Position numbers and translations under genes: made by a program. A stretch of DNA of 36,542 bases, taken from positions 93,809,262-93,845,803 of the forward strand of contig NC_068984.1 of the NCBI RefSeq assembly GCF_001194135.2, written 5' to 3'. Source of the DNA: Octopus bimaculoides (taxonomy: Eukaryota). Below, piece after piece: positions 21,886 through 32,916 of this stretch (position 1 is its first letter; every line of letters begins with the position of its first letter). The notes under the pieces are model-generated. The model ran no database searches. It saw only the letters and a program-made list of their open reading frames with translations, and had not been told where the DNA came from.

Positions 21886-23184
21886 AATGTAGCATATGAA
21901 TACTCACCCATGTAAGTACTAGCAGGTTGCAAGGAGGGAGACAGTACTTCAATAGAAGAAAATGTTTCCTACAAACTGAAAGTGCAGGGGACTTTCTTCA
22001 AACACAGCCTTATTTATGCCATGAAAAGTTCTCAGTTACTCTTGATACTAATTTAGCAGCTAGAAGAATTATTAAATTTCATAATAAACTTACGACTGTC
22101 TATTACAGTTGGTAATAACCATAGGATAGCAAGTTTTCTCTATACGTCATTGAAATTAAATTTGGGGTTCAATTGACTACACCACAAAACTAATGAGAAT
22201 TTACAATATTAATAACTATTCAAATCATACTCAAATAGTAATCAAATTTATAGTGAGGGGTATTTCACCTAAAATTTCTAAATTCTCTGCCAATAAGGAT
22301 ATTTTTTCTTAGAGTGTCATGTATTACAATAAAGCAGTGAATATGGATAAAATCATGTATATTCTCAATAGTATAAATATTTTCCACCTAAGGTTGGGTA
22401 GCTATATCCCACTACATACAAACATGTTAATACCGTAGATCATGATTATGATAACGAAGTAAATCAATTTAACAATAATGATATAGACTTCAATGTCACA
22501 TGTATCTGAATTGAATATACACTGCCATAAACTGTGGGAACTGTAGTGCCTAATGATACTAATAGAATCTCTTAGGTTAAGGATATTAAACATCAAAATA
22601 CCCTTGGTACCTTTCTCTAGCAAATATCTGAACCATTGTGATTCAAAAGAACAGCCTGTAACTAATAAGAGGAATATAATTAAGAGCGTTATGTTTAACA
22701 ACAATTAGAATTGCCTTACCTCATTTAATATTAACAAAACTGCTAATTTGAAATTGGATGTTATGACTGATAACAAAAAAAAAACTAAATCTAAGTAGAT
22801 TACATAAATGGAATAATCTGTGGTTTAACCCCTTCTTCAGAACACAGGTGTTTCACAAACAAGTCTATAATATTTATTTGAGTATTAAATGCTTTCCCAC
22901 TTCTAGTAAATATTATAAACTGATTGATAGGCATTGAAATGACTTGATAGATATTGAAATGACTATTTTGGTAGTCTTTTTTTCATTTACTTTATTTTCT
23001 TGAGAGATTTAACCTTACTTTTTTCACCAAATTAAAATAAATTTCTGTTTTGCTTTTTTGCCAATTGACAATTTGCCTTTTTTGTTTTCTTTTACAGAAA
23101 ATTAATTTTAAAATAAGGTCTCTCAGTAGTAATTAAATGTTCTATTTTTTATTCTAACTTCAGATCAGACATAGAAACTTAGAA

Positions 23185-24150
23185 ATGATGGTCTTTCAAA
23201 GGATTCTTGGACCCTTGTGTTCTGTTGAACAAATTCCTACAGAATTTCGTGAAAATTTTATTCTCACTGGATATCGTTACCCAGAGTGCACTATATTTCA
23301 GTGTGTTTGCAGTATATTCACTGCAACTAATGAAACTTTTAATTTTTGGACTCATTTCTTGCCAGCTTTATATTTTCTGTACACAATTTGTCAAACATAC
23401 AGCAAAGATTTTCTACAAAGTAGTTATAACTCTCCTCTGATTGCTTACCTTGTGACATGTATTCTCTTTCCTTTTGCTAGTTCAATGGCTCATATGTTTC
23501 TTTCTTTATCTAATAATGCTCGGCACATCTGTTTTTTTATAGATTATGGTGCTGTAAGTCTTTATAGCTTTGGAAGTTCCATCGCTTATCGTGCTTATGC
23601 ATTTCCTGAAGTACTTGAGTACACTTGGTTTGGAAAATGGTACCTACCTATTGCATTTTTTAGTGCTTTGCTGTCAACTCTTTTCTCTTGCCAATCGCGA
23701 TTTAGTGGGAAGTATGAACAAATTTTTCGGATTGGAGTATTTTCATGGCCTTATTTTTTTGACAATATACCTATTTTTATTTTATTTACTCCACTTGAAG
23801 AACGTTTTTATTCCAAATTCTATCACACAAAGCAATTTTTGTACTGTTTTATGGCAGTATTAATGTATGTTTCACATTTCCCAGAGCGTTTTAAACCTGG
23901 ATATTTTGATATTGTTTTACATAGTCATCAGCTTTTTCATATTTTTGGAATAATTAGCACATTTTATCAGATGAGAGGAATTCAGATTGACATGGCTACT
24001 CGAAAAAATACCATTACAAAGCAATGGTTCTATAACTATTTCCACTATAGCATTAGTATTGTACTTGTGCAACTTTTACTAATTGCATTAATTATACTTT
24101 TATATACATGTATTTTAAACCATAAGAAAGCAATTAAAAAGAAAGAATAA
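23185..24150 (+). CDS. PAQR5: Membrane progestin receptor gamma-like (PAQR family, class II), 321 aa, uninterrupted CDS
   Basis: PAQR motifs FRENFILTGYR, NETFNFWTH, SSMAHMF, FIDYGAVSLYSFGSSIAYRAYAFP, FPERFKPGYFDIVLHSHQLFH, with multiple hydrophobic segments. Closest recalled match is PAQR5/6; exact orthology is not established. The N-terminus may extend through the acceptor at 23162-23163. Confidence 0.9.
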   Translation: MMVFQRILGPLCSVEQIPTEFRENFILTGYRYPECTIFQCVCSIFTATNETFNFWTHFLPALYFLYTICQTYSKDFLQSSYNSPLIAYLVTCILFPFASSMAHMFLSLSNNARHICFFIDYGAVSLYSFGSSIAYRAYAFPEVLEYTWFGKWYLPIAFFSALLSTLFSCQSRFSGKYEQIFRIGVFSWPYFFDNIPIFILFTPLEERFYSKFYHTKQFLYCFMAVLMYVSHFPERFKPGYFDIVLHSHQLFHIFGIISTFYQMRGIQIDMATRKNTITKQWFYNYFHYSISIVLVQLLLIALIILLYTCILNHKKAIKKKE

Positions 24151-24922
24151 AAAAACAGTAGGTATCTTGTTAATATACTTATACTGCATAGTTAATCAAA
24201 TCATATTTCCATAGTATTCCTGATTCATATCCTAATTCACCATAAAATTAGATAACCAACCTGTATCAAATTGCTTAATTATTAGGAATATGACAGATAA
24301 ATTGCAATCATTTTACTTTAAACATTACTTATAAAACTCTTATATTTATGGATTTTATATTTTGATCTTTAAAAATAAGTTTAAAAAGAGAAAAAACTGA
24401 TTTCTAATATAACAGATACCATAATGTGATGATATGCCTTGGAAATTTGGTCTTCATTCACAGTAGAAACCATCATTTTTAATTTCTTAACACTTTGGGA
24501 ACAAAATAAAGAATACAAAATCCTATTTACACATACTTTATAGCACAAAGCCCTAAAATTCATCAAGGTAGTGCCCCAGCATGACCACGGTCTAATGACT
24601 GAAACAAGTGAAAGAAGATAGAAAGATTATTGTGTATGAACTGGATACTATAATATATTGGTAATTTTTTAATGAGAATATGTTCATTGAAGTATTGAAG
24701 TTATCTTTGATAAAAATATATCACATCTTTCTAGTTTCTTACTCTAAAACATATTCAATTTCTTGTAATAAAAAAAAAAACAATTGTAACTGTAGTCTGA
24801 TGCTGATTCTTGCTTGAAGCAATTTCACTTTTTTGGTGCTAAAATTTTGGGAAAGGACCTACCATAACATCACCTCTATATTCCCCTCCTTTTAGTTTCA
24901 AGGTGCCATGTAAAATTAAGAA

Positions 24923-24959
<37 letters not shown>

Positions 24960-24960
24960 A

Positions 24961-26100
24961 GGCGGTGAGCTGGCAGAGTCATTACCACACTAGAAAAGAA
25001 TGCTTAGCTGCATTTCTTCCAACCTTACATTCTGAATTCAAATGCCACTGGGGTTGACATTGCCTTTCATTCTTTCAGGGTCATTTGAGCACTAGGTCAA
25101 TGTAATCAACTAGTCCTCTCCCCCAAAATTACTGGCCTTGTGTCAAAATTTGAAACCATTATTATTATTGTTTGGGTTGTTATCTTTATTATTGTTATCA
25201 TTATTATTATTAATTCCACCAAAATCAACTTTGCCTTTCATCTTTTCAGGCTCAATAAAATAAGTATCAGTTAGCCACAGGTTGATGTAATCGACTTACT
25301 CTATTCCCTGGACTTGCTGGCTTTATGCCAAAATTTGAAATTATTATTATTACTATTATTTAAGGTGGCGAGCTGGCAAAATTGTTAGTACACTGGACAA
25401 AATGCTTTGCGGTAGTTCACCTGTTGCTATGTTCTGAATTCTAATTCCGCCAAGGTTGACTTTGCCTTTCATCCTTTCAGGGTCCATAAATTAAGTACCA
25501 CTGAAACACTAGGGTCAATGTCATCAACTAGTCCCCTCCCCGCAAATTTCAGGCCTTGTGTAGAAAGAATCATTATTATTATTATTATCTTTTTTTTAAT
25601 CTAATAATAAAATTACCTATCAATGATTTCATATAATTCCCACGGGTCTTTGAAACTGGAGTGAAAGTTATTTGGAAATGATGATATTTTCAAATTATAT
25701 CTGAATTTTATATGTTTAGATTATTAAACTTTCCCTATTCATTTTTACTATTAATGGACACATTCTCCTGATGAAATAGATATGTAAGATGTTTATATAT
25801 TCAATTGAAATTGTTTCTTAATTATATTTTACTTACTGGAAACAAATGTGACACATCATTATGTTTTAATATTATTCTCCTTCAAGAAGGTGGTGAACTG
25901 GCAGAATTATTAGCATGCTGGGTAAAATGCTTAAATGGCATTTCATCTGTCATTATGTTCTGAGTTTAAATTCTGCCAAGGTTGATTTTGCCTTTCATCC
26001 TTTAGGTGTTGGTAAATTAAGTACCAGTTGAGTACTGAGGTCAATGTAATTGACTTATCCTCTCTCTTTAAATTGCTGGCCTTGTGCCAAAATTTGAAAA
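24961..26100 (+). mobile_element. Cluster of four co-oriented SINEs (family B): 24961-25157, 25212-25340 (5'-truncated), 25364-25570, 25886-26100
   Basis: Shared ggYggYgaRctggca head, gactttgcctttcatcctttcRggg body and gccttgtgccaaaatttgaaa tail. Separated by (ATT)n. Copy 4 has the 19-bp TSD taatattattctccttcaa (25867-25885 / 26101-26119). Confidence 0.85.
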
Positions 26101-26789
26101 TAATATTATTCTCCTTCAAAGTAGGAGAGTAGCCAAGATAGTAAAATACTTTTAAGCTTTCTATTTTGTTCCATCCCTCTACAAAATAGGTTCAAATCTT
26201 GCTTAAGTTGATTATTTTTTTCTTCTGTACGTCCAAGTAAATAAAATACACATTGTGTTTGATTTAACCATACAAATTTGTAGTTTCAGCTATCGTAAGA
26301 AATCACCATTTATTCCTTTGAAATTATCTATCAGATATAGAGCTCACTATCTTTAAGATTTACCAAGTTTTTCATATTGTTTTCTTGTATATCATTATTT
26401 TGTTCATATATATTTTTATGAAATAAATTTATGGTGAGTTTATAGCATTTTTGGGTCTATATGCCCATCTTGGATGTGTTGTTGATATGTTCAATCAACA
26501 TGGACCTGACATAAAAAAAAAAAAAGGAGAATTAAATCTCATGTTTAAAATATTAAAATGCAACACTATTGTCATTTGGCGCAGCAGGCTCGTGGTGAGT
26601 TGGTAGAATAAATATGCCAAGCCCAATCCAAAGCCTAGTTCAGAAATATCTCTTAAAGATGCTTAGAGAGAATGCTGATCAAAATATGTCAACAATACGT
26701 CCAAGATGAGAATATAATGTGATATCAGTATTTGGTTGAATTATAATATGATTAACTTAACACTTTTGTCATGAGAATCATTGTAACAG

Positions 26790-26930
26790 AAAGTGTAGCT
26801 GTATGGTTATAAAGTTCCAGGTTCACTCCCACTGTGTGACACTTTGAGAAAGCATTTACCATAAACTCTTGTCAAACAATGTCTATGGATGATATTTGGT
26901 AAATAGATATTGTTTGGAAGCCTGTTTGAT
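26790..26930 (+). mobile_element. Degraded head of a family A SINE
   Basis: tagctgtatggt...ggttcactcccactgtgtgacactttg...gatatttggtaaatag resembles 11900-12000 and 20930-20950. Confidence 0.5.
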
Positions 26931-27439
26931 GTGGGGTATGTATATTGACAAGAGATGGCAAAATCAATAGTAGACTATCTCATTTATCTGTATCCCATTA
27001 TGTCATGGTAACATCTCATTAATGTCCAGGTCTATAAAGTATCTGGCAATCAAAAGTATAAACAACAATTTTTAAGGGCATACTTTAACATAGTAGCTCT
27101 TTAATAAAACAATTAAAGAATGATAGTTTTCCAAAATTCAATAATTCAAATTTGTATTTTCATCTTTAGAGATATTTTTTTAATTTCAAAATATATTGTA
27201 TTTTTAAATCTAAATGTAATCTTCAACACAAGATTAATTTTTACTGGAGACGATTTATTTTTTAATCTTTTTATATCACATATGTTTTTGATGTTGTATT
27301 TTTCATTACCGTCATTCATTCTAACAGTTATTGCTTTTATGAAAATTAATAAAACTGACTTTCATTCCATTATTTCCTTTGAGCTGTTTGAAAAATAAAC
27401 TTTTGTTGATATCAACCATATATTTGCATCTTATGTTGT

Positions 27440-27861
27440 CATCATCATCATCATCAGTTATTGTTCATTTTCCATGCTGGTATGGGTTGAATGGTTTGAC
27501 AGGAGCTGGCCAGCTGAAGAGCTGCCAAAGCTCTATGTCTGTTTTGGCATGGTTTCTACAGCTGGATGCCTTTGGTCTTTCTTACACACTACATCTGATG
27601 CTTTGCACACCCAATTTTTCTCTCAAATCACACTCTGTTATATATGCACACTGACATTACCCATCCAGAAGATAATACTGGCTTCGTTTCTTTCAAATAT
27701 CAAAGCCTTCAAATATCCTCTGTAGTCATAGCCCATGTCTCACTGCCATGTAACATAGCTGTTTGTACACAAACATCATACAATTTGCTTTTCACTCTGA
27801 GGGAGAGGCCATTTGTCACTAACAGAAGTAATAACTCACTGAACTTCGTCCACCCTATTCT
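27440..27861 (-). mobile_element. RTE-like LINE RT C-terminal fragment fused to a 3' tail ending in (TGA)n
   Basis: Minus-strand GWTKFSELLLLLVTNGLSLRVKSKLYDVCVQTAMLHGSETWAMT...ERNEAS, then ggcatccagctgtagaaacc...ccatgctgg-type tail and (TGA)n. Confidence 0.7.
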
Positions 27862-28214
27862 TATGTATCTATGTGTGTGTGTGTGTGTGTGTATTATAGC
27901 TCAAAAATTAAAATTCATTATAGATATTGCTTTAGTTCTTTAGACAAAGAATACTGTTCTAACTTCAACTGCAGTTTTTTTTTCAAATATGTAGACTTCT
28001 TTCATAATTAAGAATCATGTTCAAAGAAATAGTTTACTTTCAGATTTGAAATATAATGCAAACATCCATGTTTTTAGAATTATCCAAGCCATAGAAACCT
28101 GGGTGAAAAGTCATGTGCACACACACAGAGCAATATTTGTACTGACTGGAAATTTAAGTTTCACCTGACAGTTTATTCAACTATTGAAGAAAGTTTCACT
28201 TCTCAAGTTTTATT

Positions 28215-28601
28215 CTTTTACTTGTTTCAGTCTTTTGACTACAGCCATGCTGGAGCACCACCTTTAGTCAAACAAATCAACCCCAGGACTTATTGTTTGT
28301 AAACCTAGTACTTATTCTATCGTACTCTTTTGTTGAACCACTAAGTTATGGGGATGTAAACACCGACATCAGTTGTCAAGCGATGGTTGGGGGACCAACA
28401 CAGACACACAAACGTGCACACACACACACACACATACGACATGCTTCTTTCAGTTTCTATCTACCAAATCCATTCACAAGGCTTTGGTTGGCTTGAGGCT
28501 ATAGTAGAAGACACTTGCCCAAGGTGCCATGCAGTGGGACTAAACTAGAACCATGTGGTTGGGAAGCAAGCTTCTTACCACAACAGCCACACCTGCACCT
28601 T
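28215..28601 (-). mobile_element. tRNA-derived SINE (family A), near full length
   Basis: Reverse complement of the 11895-12360 family, including the (TG)n and the tail. Confidence 0.88.
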
Positions 28602-28888
28602 TATAGGAAAACAATAGGAATGCCTCATTAAAAGAAGTGGGTGCTTACATATGTTGTAAAAATTACAATGAAAGGAATGTTTGTCTTATTAGTACTAGAA
28701 GTTTGATGAAATAGTCTAAAGAACAAACTGAAAATTTGAAGGTAAATGATGGCAGGCAAGTAAAGACATTATAAGGTAGGGAAGGAAAGTAATTATGTGT
28801 GTGTGTGTGTGTATCATTTGTAAAAAACATAAATATGAAAGAAGAAGCACACTCTAGGGCAGTATATATTAAAAATGGGGAAGGCCGG

Positions 28889-28959
28889 TTTATGGGATTG
28901 CCTTAGGTTTCCCGTCCATAAAGGGCTTAGCTTTATGGCATATCATCAGATCCCAAAAA
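28889..28959 (-). ncRNA. Type I hammerhead ribozyme (family 2, left arm, minus strand; U16.1 mutated)
   Basis: Minus strand reads tttttGGGAT-CTGATGA-tatg-CCATAAAG ctaagcc CTTTATGG-acgg-GAAA-CCTAAGG-CA-ATCCCataaa. The triplet is GCA instead of GUA. Confidence 0.6.
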
Positions 28960-29011
28960 TCTGTTGGCTCATTACCTCCTAAAAATATTTTTAAGAGGTC
29001 ATGGGCTAACA

Positions 29012-29086
29012 AGTTTTTGGGATCTGACGAGACACCATAAAGCTAAAGCCTTTATGGACGGGAAACCTAAGGTAATCCCATAAACT
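29012..29086 (+). ncRNA. Type I hammerhead ribozyme (family 2, right arm)
   Basis: Helix I AGTTTTTGGGAT (29012-29023) / ATCCCATAAACT (29075-29086) pairs 11/12. CTGACGA at 29024-29030; helix II CCATAAAG/CTTTATGG; GAAA at 29062-29065; helix III ACC-TAA-GGT; GUA triplet predicts cleavage after 29074. The base of helix II (gaca/acgg) is non-canonical. Confidence 0.75.
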
Positions 29087-29920
29087 GGTCTTCCCCATTT
29101 ATATATATATAATGAATATCAAATGTTTTACTTTTCCTGTGTGGTGACTGGTAACTATTGCAATTTTCACTGCCATCTTCAATTCTAACAGCAAAAAAGA
29201 TAGCAAATATCCTTCTTTGATAAGTGTCATTAACTCCTTTGAGGTATAAATTTGTAAACAAGTAAATAGTTTGTCTTTGAAATTTTATAGTTCCACTTAG
29301 TTAAAATGCATGCTATGGGTACATTATTAAACTAGTTCCTGACATTTTGTTTTCTTCATAACATGAACAATAACACTGATATCTCTGATTATTTGACAAC
29401 TGAAAAATGTTCAAAACATGAATACAGAAGGTATTGTTATGAAAACTTGTTTATATTTTGCTTCAACTTTTTTTCCTTTTTTAATTTGTGTTAACAATAT
29501 TATTTGATTATTAAAGAAAACCTTATAACATAAAATTTCTAAAGATAAATTTTTTTCACCATCTAAGACAAAATACTGCCCAATCAAAAATGCTTCATAT
29601 AAAAATGAATATTAATTGTATATGATTGTAGTTCTTGCTAACAATCTGGGTTAGAACAAACTTATAAGTAATGGTAAATAAAGAGTGACTCCACACTTTA
29701 ATCAATGCATATTCATACACATGCACATTGAAAACACACACACCTATGTATACATATGTATATATATATATGTGTGTGTATGTATGTATATATATGCTTG
29801 TGTGTATAAATATAAATGCATATTCTTATATACAAATATATATGTAAATATACAGATATGAAAACTTACTAATGATTACATAAAAATATACATATAAATA
29901 TATGCACTGACACTAATTAC

Positions 29921-30510
29921 TATTAGGTTGAGTAAAAAGTAAGCAACTCTTTGAACCATGAAGAATTTGTGCCAGATTTTTGCAGTTTTGAATTTTTTTA
30001 AACATTTTTTGCAATTTTCTGATAATACAGACATAGACTTGCCCAAATGCATCAATAAGTTAACATTGATATTTTTTTCACCATTGTTACAATCATCTGA
30101 AATGGAATTGTCAAAGTGTGATATTCTAGCAATTTTGCTATTCAACTTAAAAAAAGGATGTAAAGCAGCTGAAACTGCTCGCGATATCAACAAAACATTT
30201 GGTGAGGAAATGACCAGTGAGTGGTAAGCTCGAAAATGGTTTAAACAATTTTGCAGTGAGCATAGTAGACACCTATCTGTCATTAATGATGGTCAATTAA
30301 AGACCATCATTGAGAAAGATCCATGTAAAACCATTTGAGAACTGAAAAAAAAAACTTCAAGTTAGCCAGAAAAGTTTGCACACGATTGGAAAATCAAAAA
30401 ATCTCAATAAATGGGTACTACATGATTTGAATGAAAATCAGAAAATGTACAGATATGAAATTTGCTCGTTGCTTCTTCTCCATAACCAGACCAATCCATT
30501 TCTCAACCAG
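29921..30510 (+). mobile_element. mariner (Mos1/Hsmar-like) transposon 5' fragment
   Basis: TA + TTAGGTTGAGTAAAAAGTAA TIR-like end; MELSKCDILAILLFNLKKGCKAAETARDINKTFGE...KWFKQF; KWVLHDLNENQK (WVPHEL motif). Confidence 0.85.
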
Positions 30511-30574
30511 ATGAATTTTGCAGCTTTAATTAAATAATATTTGAGGACTATCTTTTACAAACCTTCTTTTGCAG

Positions 30575-30672
30575 CTACCAAATCTACTCACAAGACTGGT
30601 TGGCATGAGGCTATAATAGATGTCATGCAGTAGAACTGAACAATAAACTTCTTACCACACAGCTACTCATAC
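30575..30672 (-). mobile_element. Degraded head of a family A SINE
   Basis: ctaccaaatctactcacaag...gaggctataatag...cttcttaccacacagc resembles 28460-28590. Confidence 0.6.
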
Positions 30673-30679
30673 AACTATA

Positions 30680-30713
<34 letters not shown>

Positions 30714-31692
30714 GAAAATGGAAAAATTCCATCATCACTAAATGTGACTGAGGGTGCTGGGTAGGACCTATAAGAGTTAAAATCCTTGGTTTTATATTGC
30801 ATATAACTGCCTATGTAATTCTGTAATTTTCACATTAGCTTTTCTCTAACTCAGCCATAAACATATATGGTAAAAATATATGTACTGACAGTTTGGATTT
30901 AGCCAAACCATTTGGTGATGGAGTAGTCACTGCTGACAAGCCTGCCATTTTACAAGCAAAACTAGTCTAGTACAGTGATTTAACTTTGCTTATGAGATGG
31001 TTATCTCCTCTGTCAGTATATGAAAATGTGCTTCCTTGCAGTTCTAAGGGTTTTAACTCTTATTTCTAGCAATATAGGTGCTACTCAGCACCCTCATTCA
31101 CAATTAGTGATAATTGAAGTTTTCCTTTTTGGTTTCATACTGCACCATCACCACCAACAACCCCACAAGAAGAAGAGAAAACGAAAAAGATTCACACCCC
31201 ACCCCCAAAAGCCCAAACACCACATCCAAACTGTCATCAAACAGCACCAACAGCAAAATCAACACACACAGAAATAGACCCCAATACCCTTCCCCTCCCA
31301 CACTCTGATTCCTTTGACATGTCCTCAGATGAAGACAACACAGAGGATTGGCAAGTGGCCACGGGGGAGGGGGAGAAAAAGGATAGAAAAACAAACAAAC
31401 AAAGCGGGGAGGTTTACCAGCCCCAAAACCAACACATCCACAGAAAACAAAAACATCAACACAAACACCCCCCCCCAACAAGTTTGACAGCTATAAACAC
31501 AATCCAGACCTAATGGAATACATGAGGTCAAACACCAAGATGACAGAAAATGACACGAAAAAAAAAATCACCCACGCACAATCACCCATGCCACAACACA
31601 TCAAAATCATACACATAACACATAACACATACAGCACACTGACCCACCAGTTGTCCTGAACAGTCGGTGCCATGCAGTGGGACTAAACTAGA

Positions 31693-32916
31693 GTAATTTG
31701 TGCCCTTGTTCATCTGTCAGGGACCTAATGGTGGCTCTGTTGCCTTGTTGCACCTCCGCCACTCAGGCCTCTCCAACTCCTTCGTCCCTAAGAGCATACA
31801 TCCTAGCTCTGACAATGCATCCTTCGTGTTTGGCATTGAAGTGTTGGTCGAGGGCCAACCTCACTGCCACTATGTTGGCTTTGTTGCCCTGTTGTGCCTT
31901 TGTCACCTGGGCCTCTCACATGGTTCCAAAACCTTCATTCCTTAGAGCATGCATCCTAGCCCTGACAACACATCCTTCATGTTTGGCGTTGAAGAGTTGG
32001 TCAAGGGCCAAACTTGCCGCCAATACATCGGATGGGATGTAACTTCTAATCGCCTCTCCTAGCTTCGTAACTAGGTCACCCTCTATTCTGTTCCTGTCTA
32101 TCACTAGCGCTTTGCTATACCTAATCACTTCAGCTTTTATTGCTCTCTTGAGGGCAAACCACCATTTGTTGTTGATGATGGCTCCCATCAAAGCCCTCTT
32201 CACTAGCGTGCTAATCTGGTCTCTGAAAACCTGTCTCGACGGGAAAGACGCATTCAGTTTCCAGTAACCGGGAGCTTGCCTATGTGCCTTATCTAAGTCT
32301 AGCTTTCATGTCACAAGTTTGTGATCCATGTAGCTGACTGTGTGGAATTGTGAACACCCTACGTTATCTCTATCTACTGTCCTACACAGTATTCTATCTA
32401 GATACGATCTTGAAGATCCAATGCGGTTGTTCCATGTCCACATTGGCGCATTCAGGTGGCTGAGTCGGTACCTGTCAGACAGTTGGAAGCATCTGAGCAG
32501 GTCTCTAAGGCATTTGAATCCCCGTCTATTCCTATCTCTCCCCACGTAGTCTAGATGCATGTCCAAGGTAGCATTCCAATCCCCCACTAAAAGTAAAGGA
32601 CAAGATGTTCGTATGAATACTTCGAGATGTCGAAAGAAATCCATCTGAGTTGTTAAAGGCAGTGTGTGGACTGATATGAGTCAAAAAGCACACCCATTGC
32701 TGGCATTGACATCTAGGAAAACCAGTCTACCCTCCAGGTCTACGAATGTTGTCTTTACTTCGACTCTTACGAAAAAGCACCACTGTGCCACTACCGCCCA
32801 TTTTTGACAGACAGGGAGGAAAATAAATGTTAAACTGTCCGCTGAACATGGACTTTAGGGCCCGTGGATTATGGAGTCTGGTCCCACTTATGGCTATAAT
32901 TTCTAACTCGTGTGAC
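31693..32916 (-). mobile_element. Second Tx1/L1 ORF2 fragment (APE and downstream region), a different subfamily from 5393-10821
   Basis: IIAISGTRL, GGSGTVVLFRK, MDFFRHLEVF..LLLVGDWNATLD, SRSYLDRIL, YMDHKLV, APGYWKLNAS and MGAIINNKWWFALKRAIK all align to the first Tx1 ORF2. Confidence 0.85.

Larger units (their letters stand above)
28873..29100. repeat. 228-bp foldback palindrome (two 114-bp arms, no spacer) flanked by (TA)n
   Basis: aaatggggaaggccggtttatgggattgccttaggtttcccgtccataaag mirrored by ctttatggacgggaaacctaaggtaatcccataaactggtcttccccattt. Centre aaaaatattttt. Mismatches are mostly transitions. Confidence 0.95.

Noticed and set aside
23207-23863. Alternative-frame ORFs overlapping the PAQR CDS
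   Set aside because: Short shadow ORFs of a T-rich membrane-protein gene, with no motifs.
24961-26100. Regularly recurring repeats that might suggest a CRISPR-like array
   Set aside because: The units are 130-215 bp diverged SINE copies with tails and a TSD in eukaryotic DNA, not short identical repeats with unique spacers.
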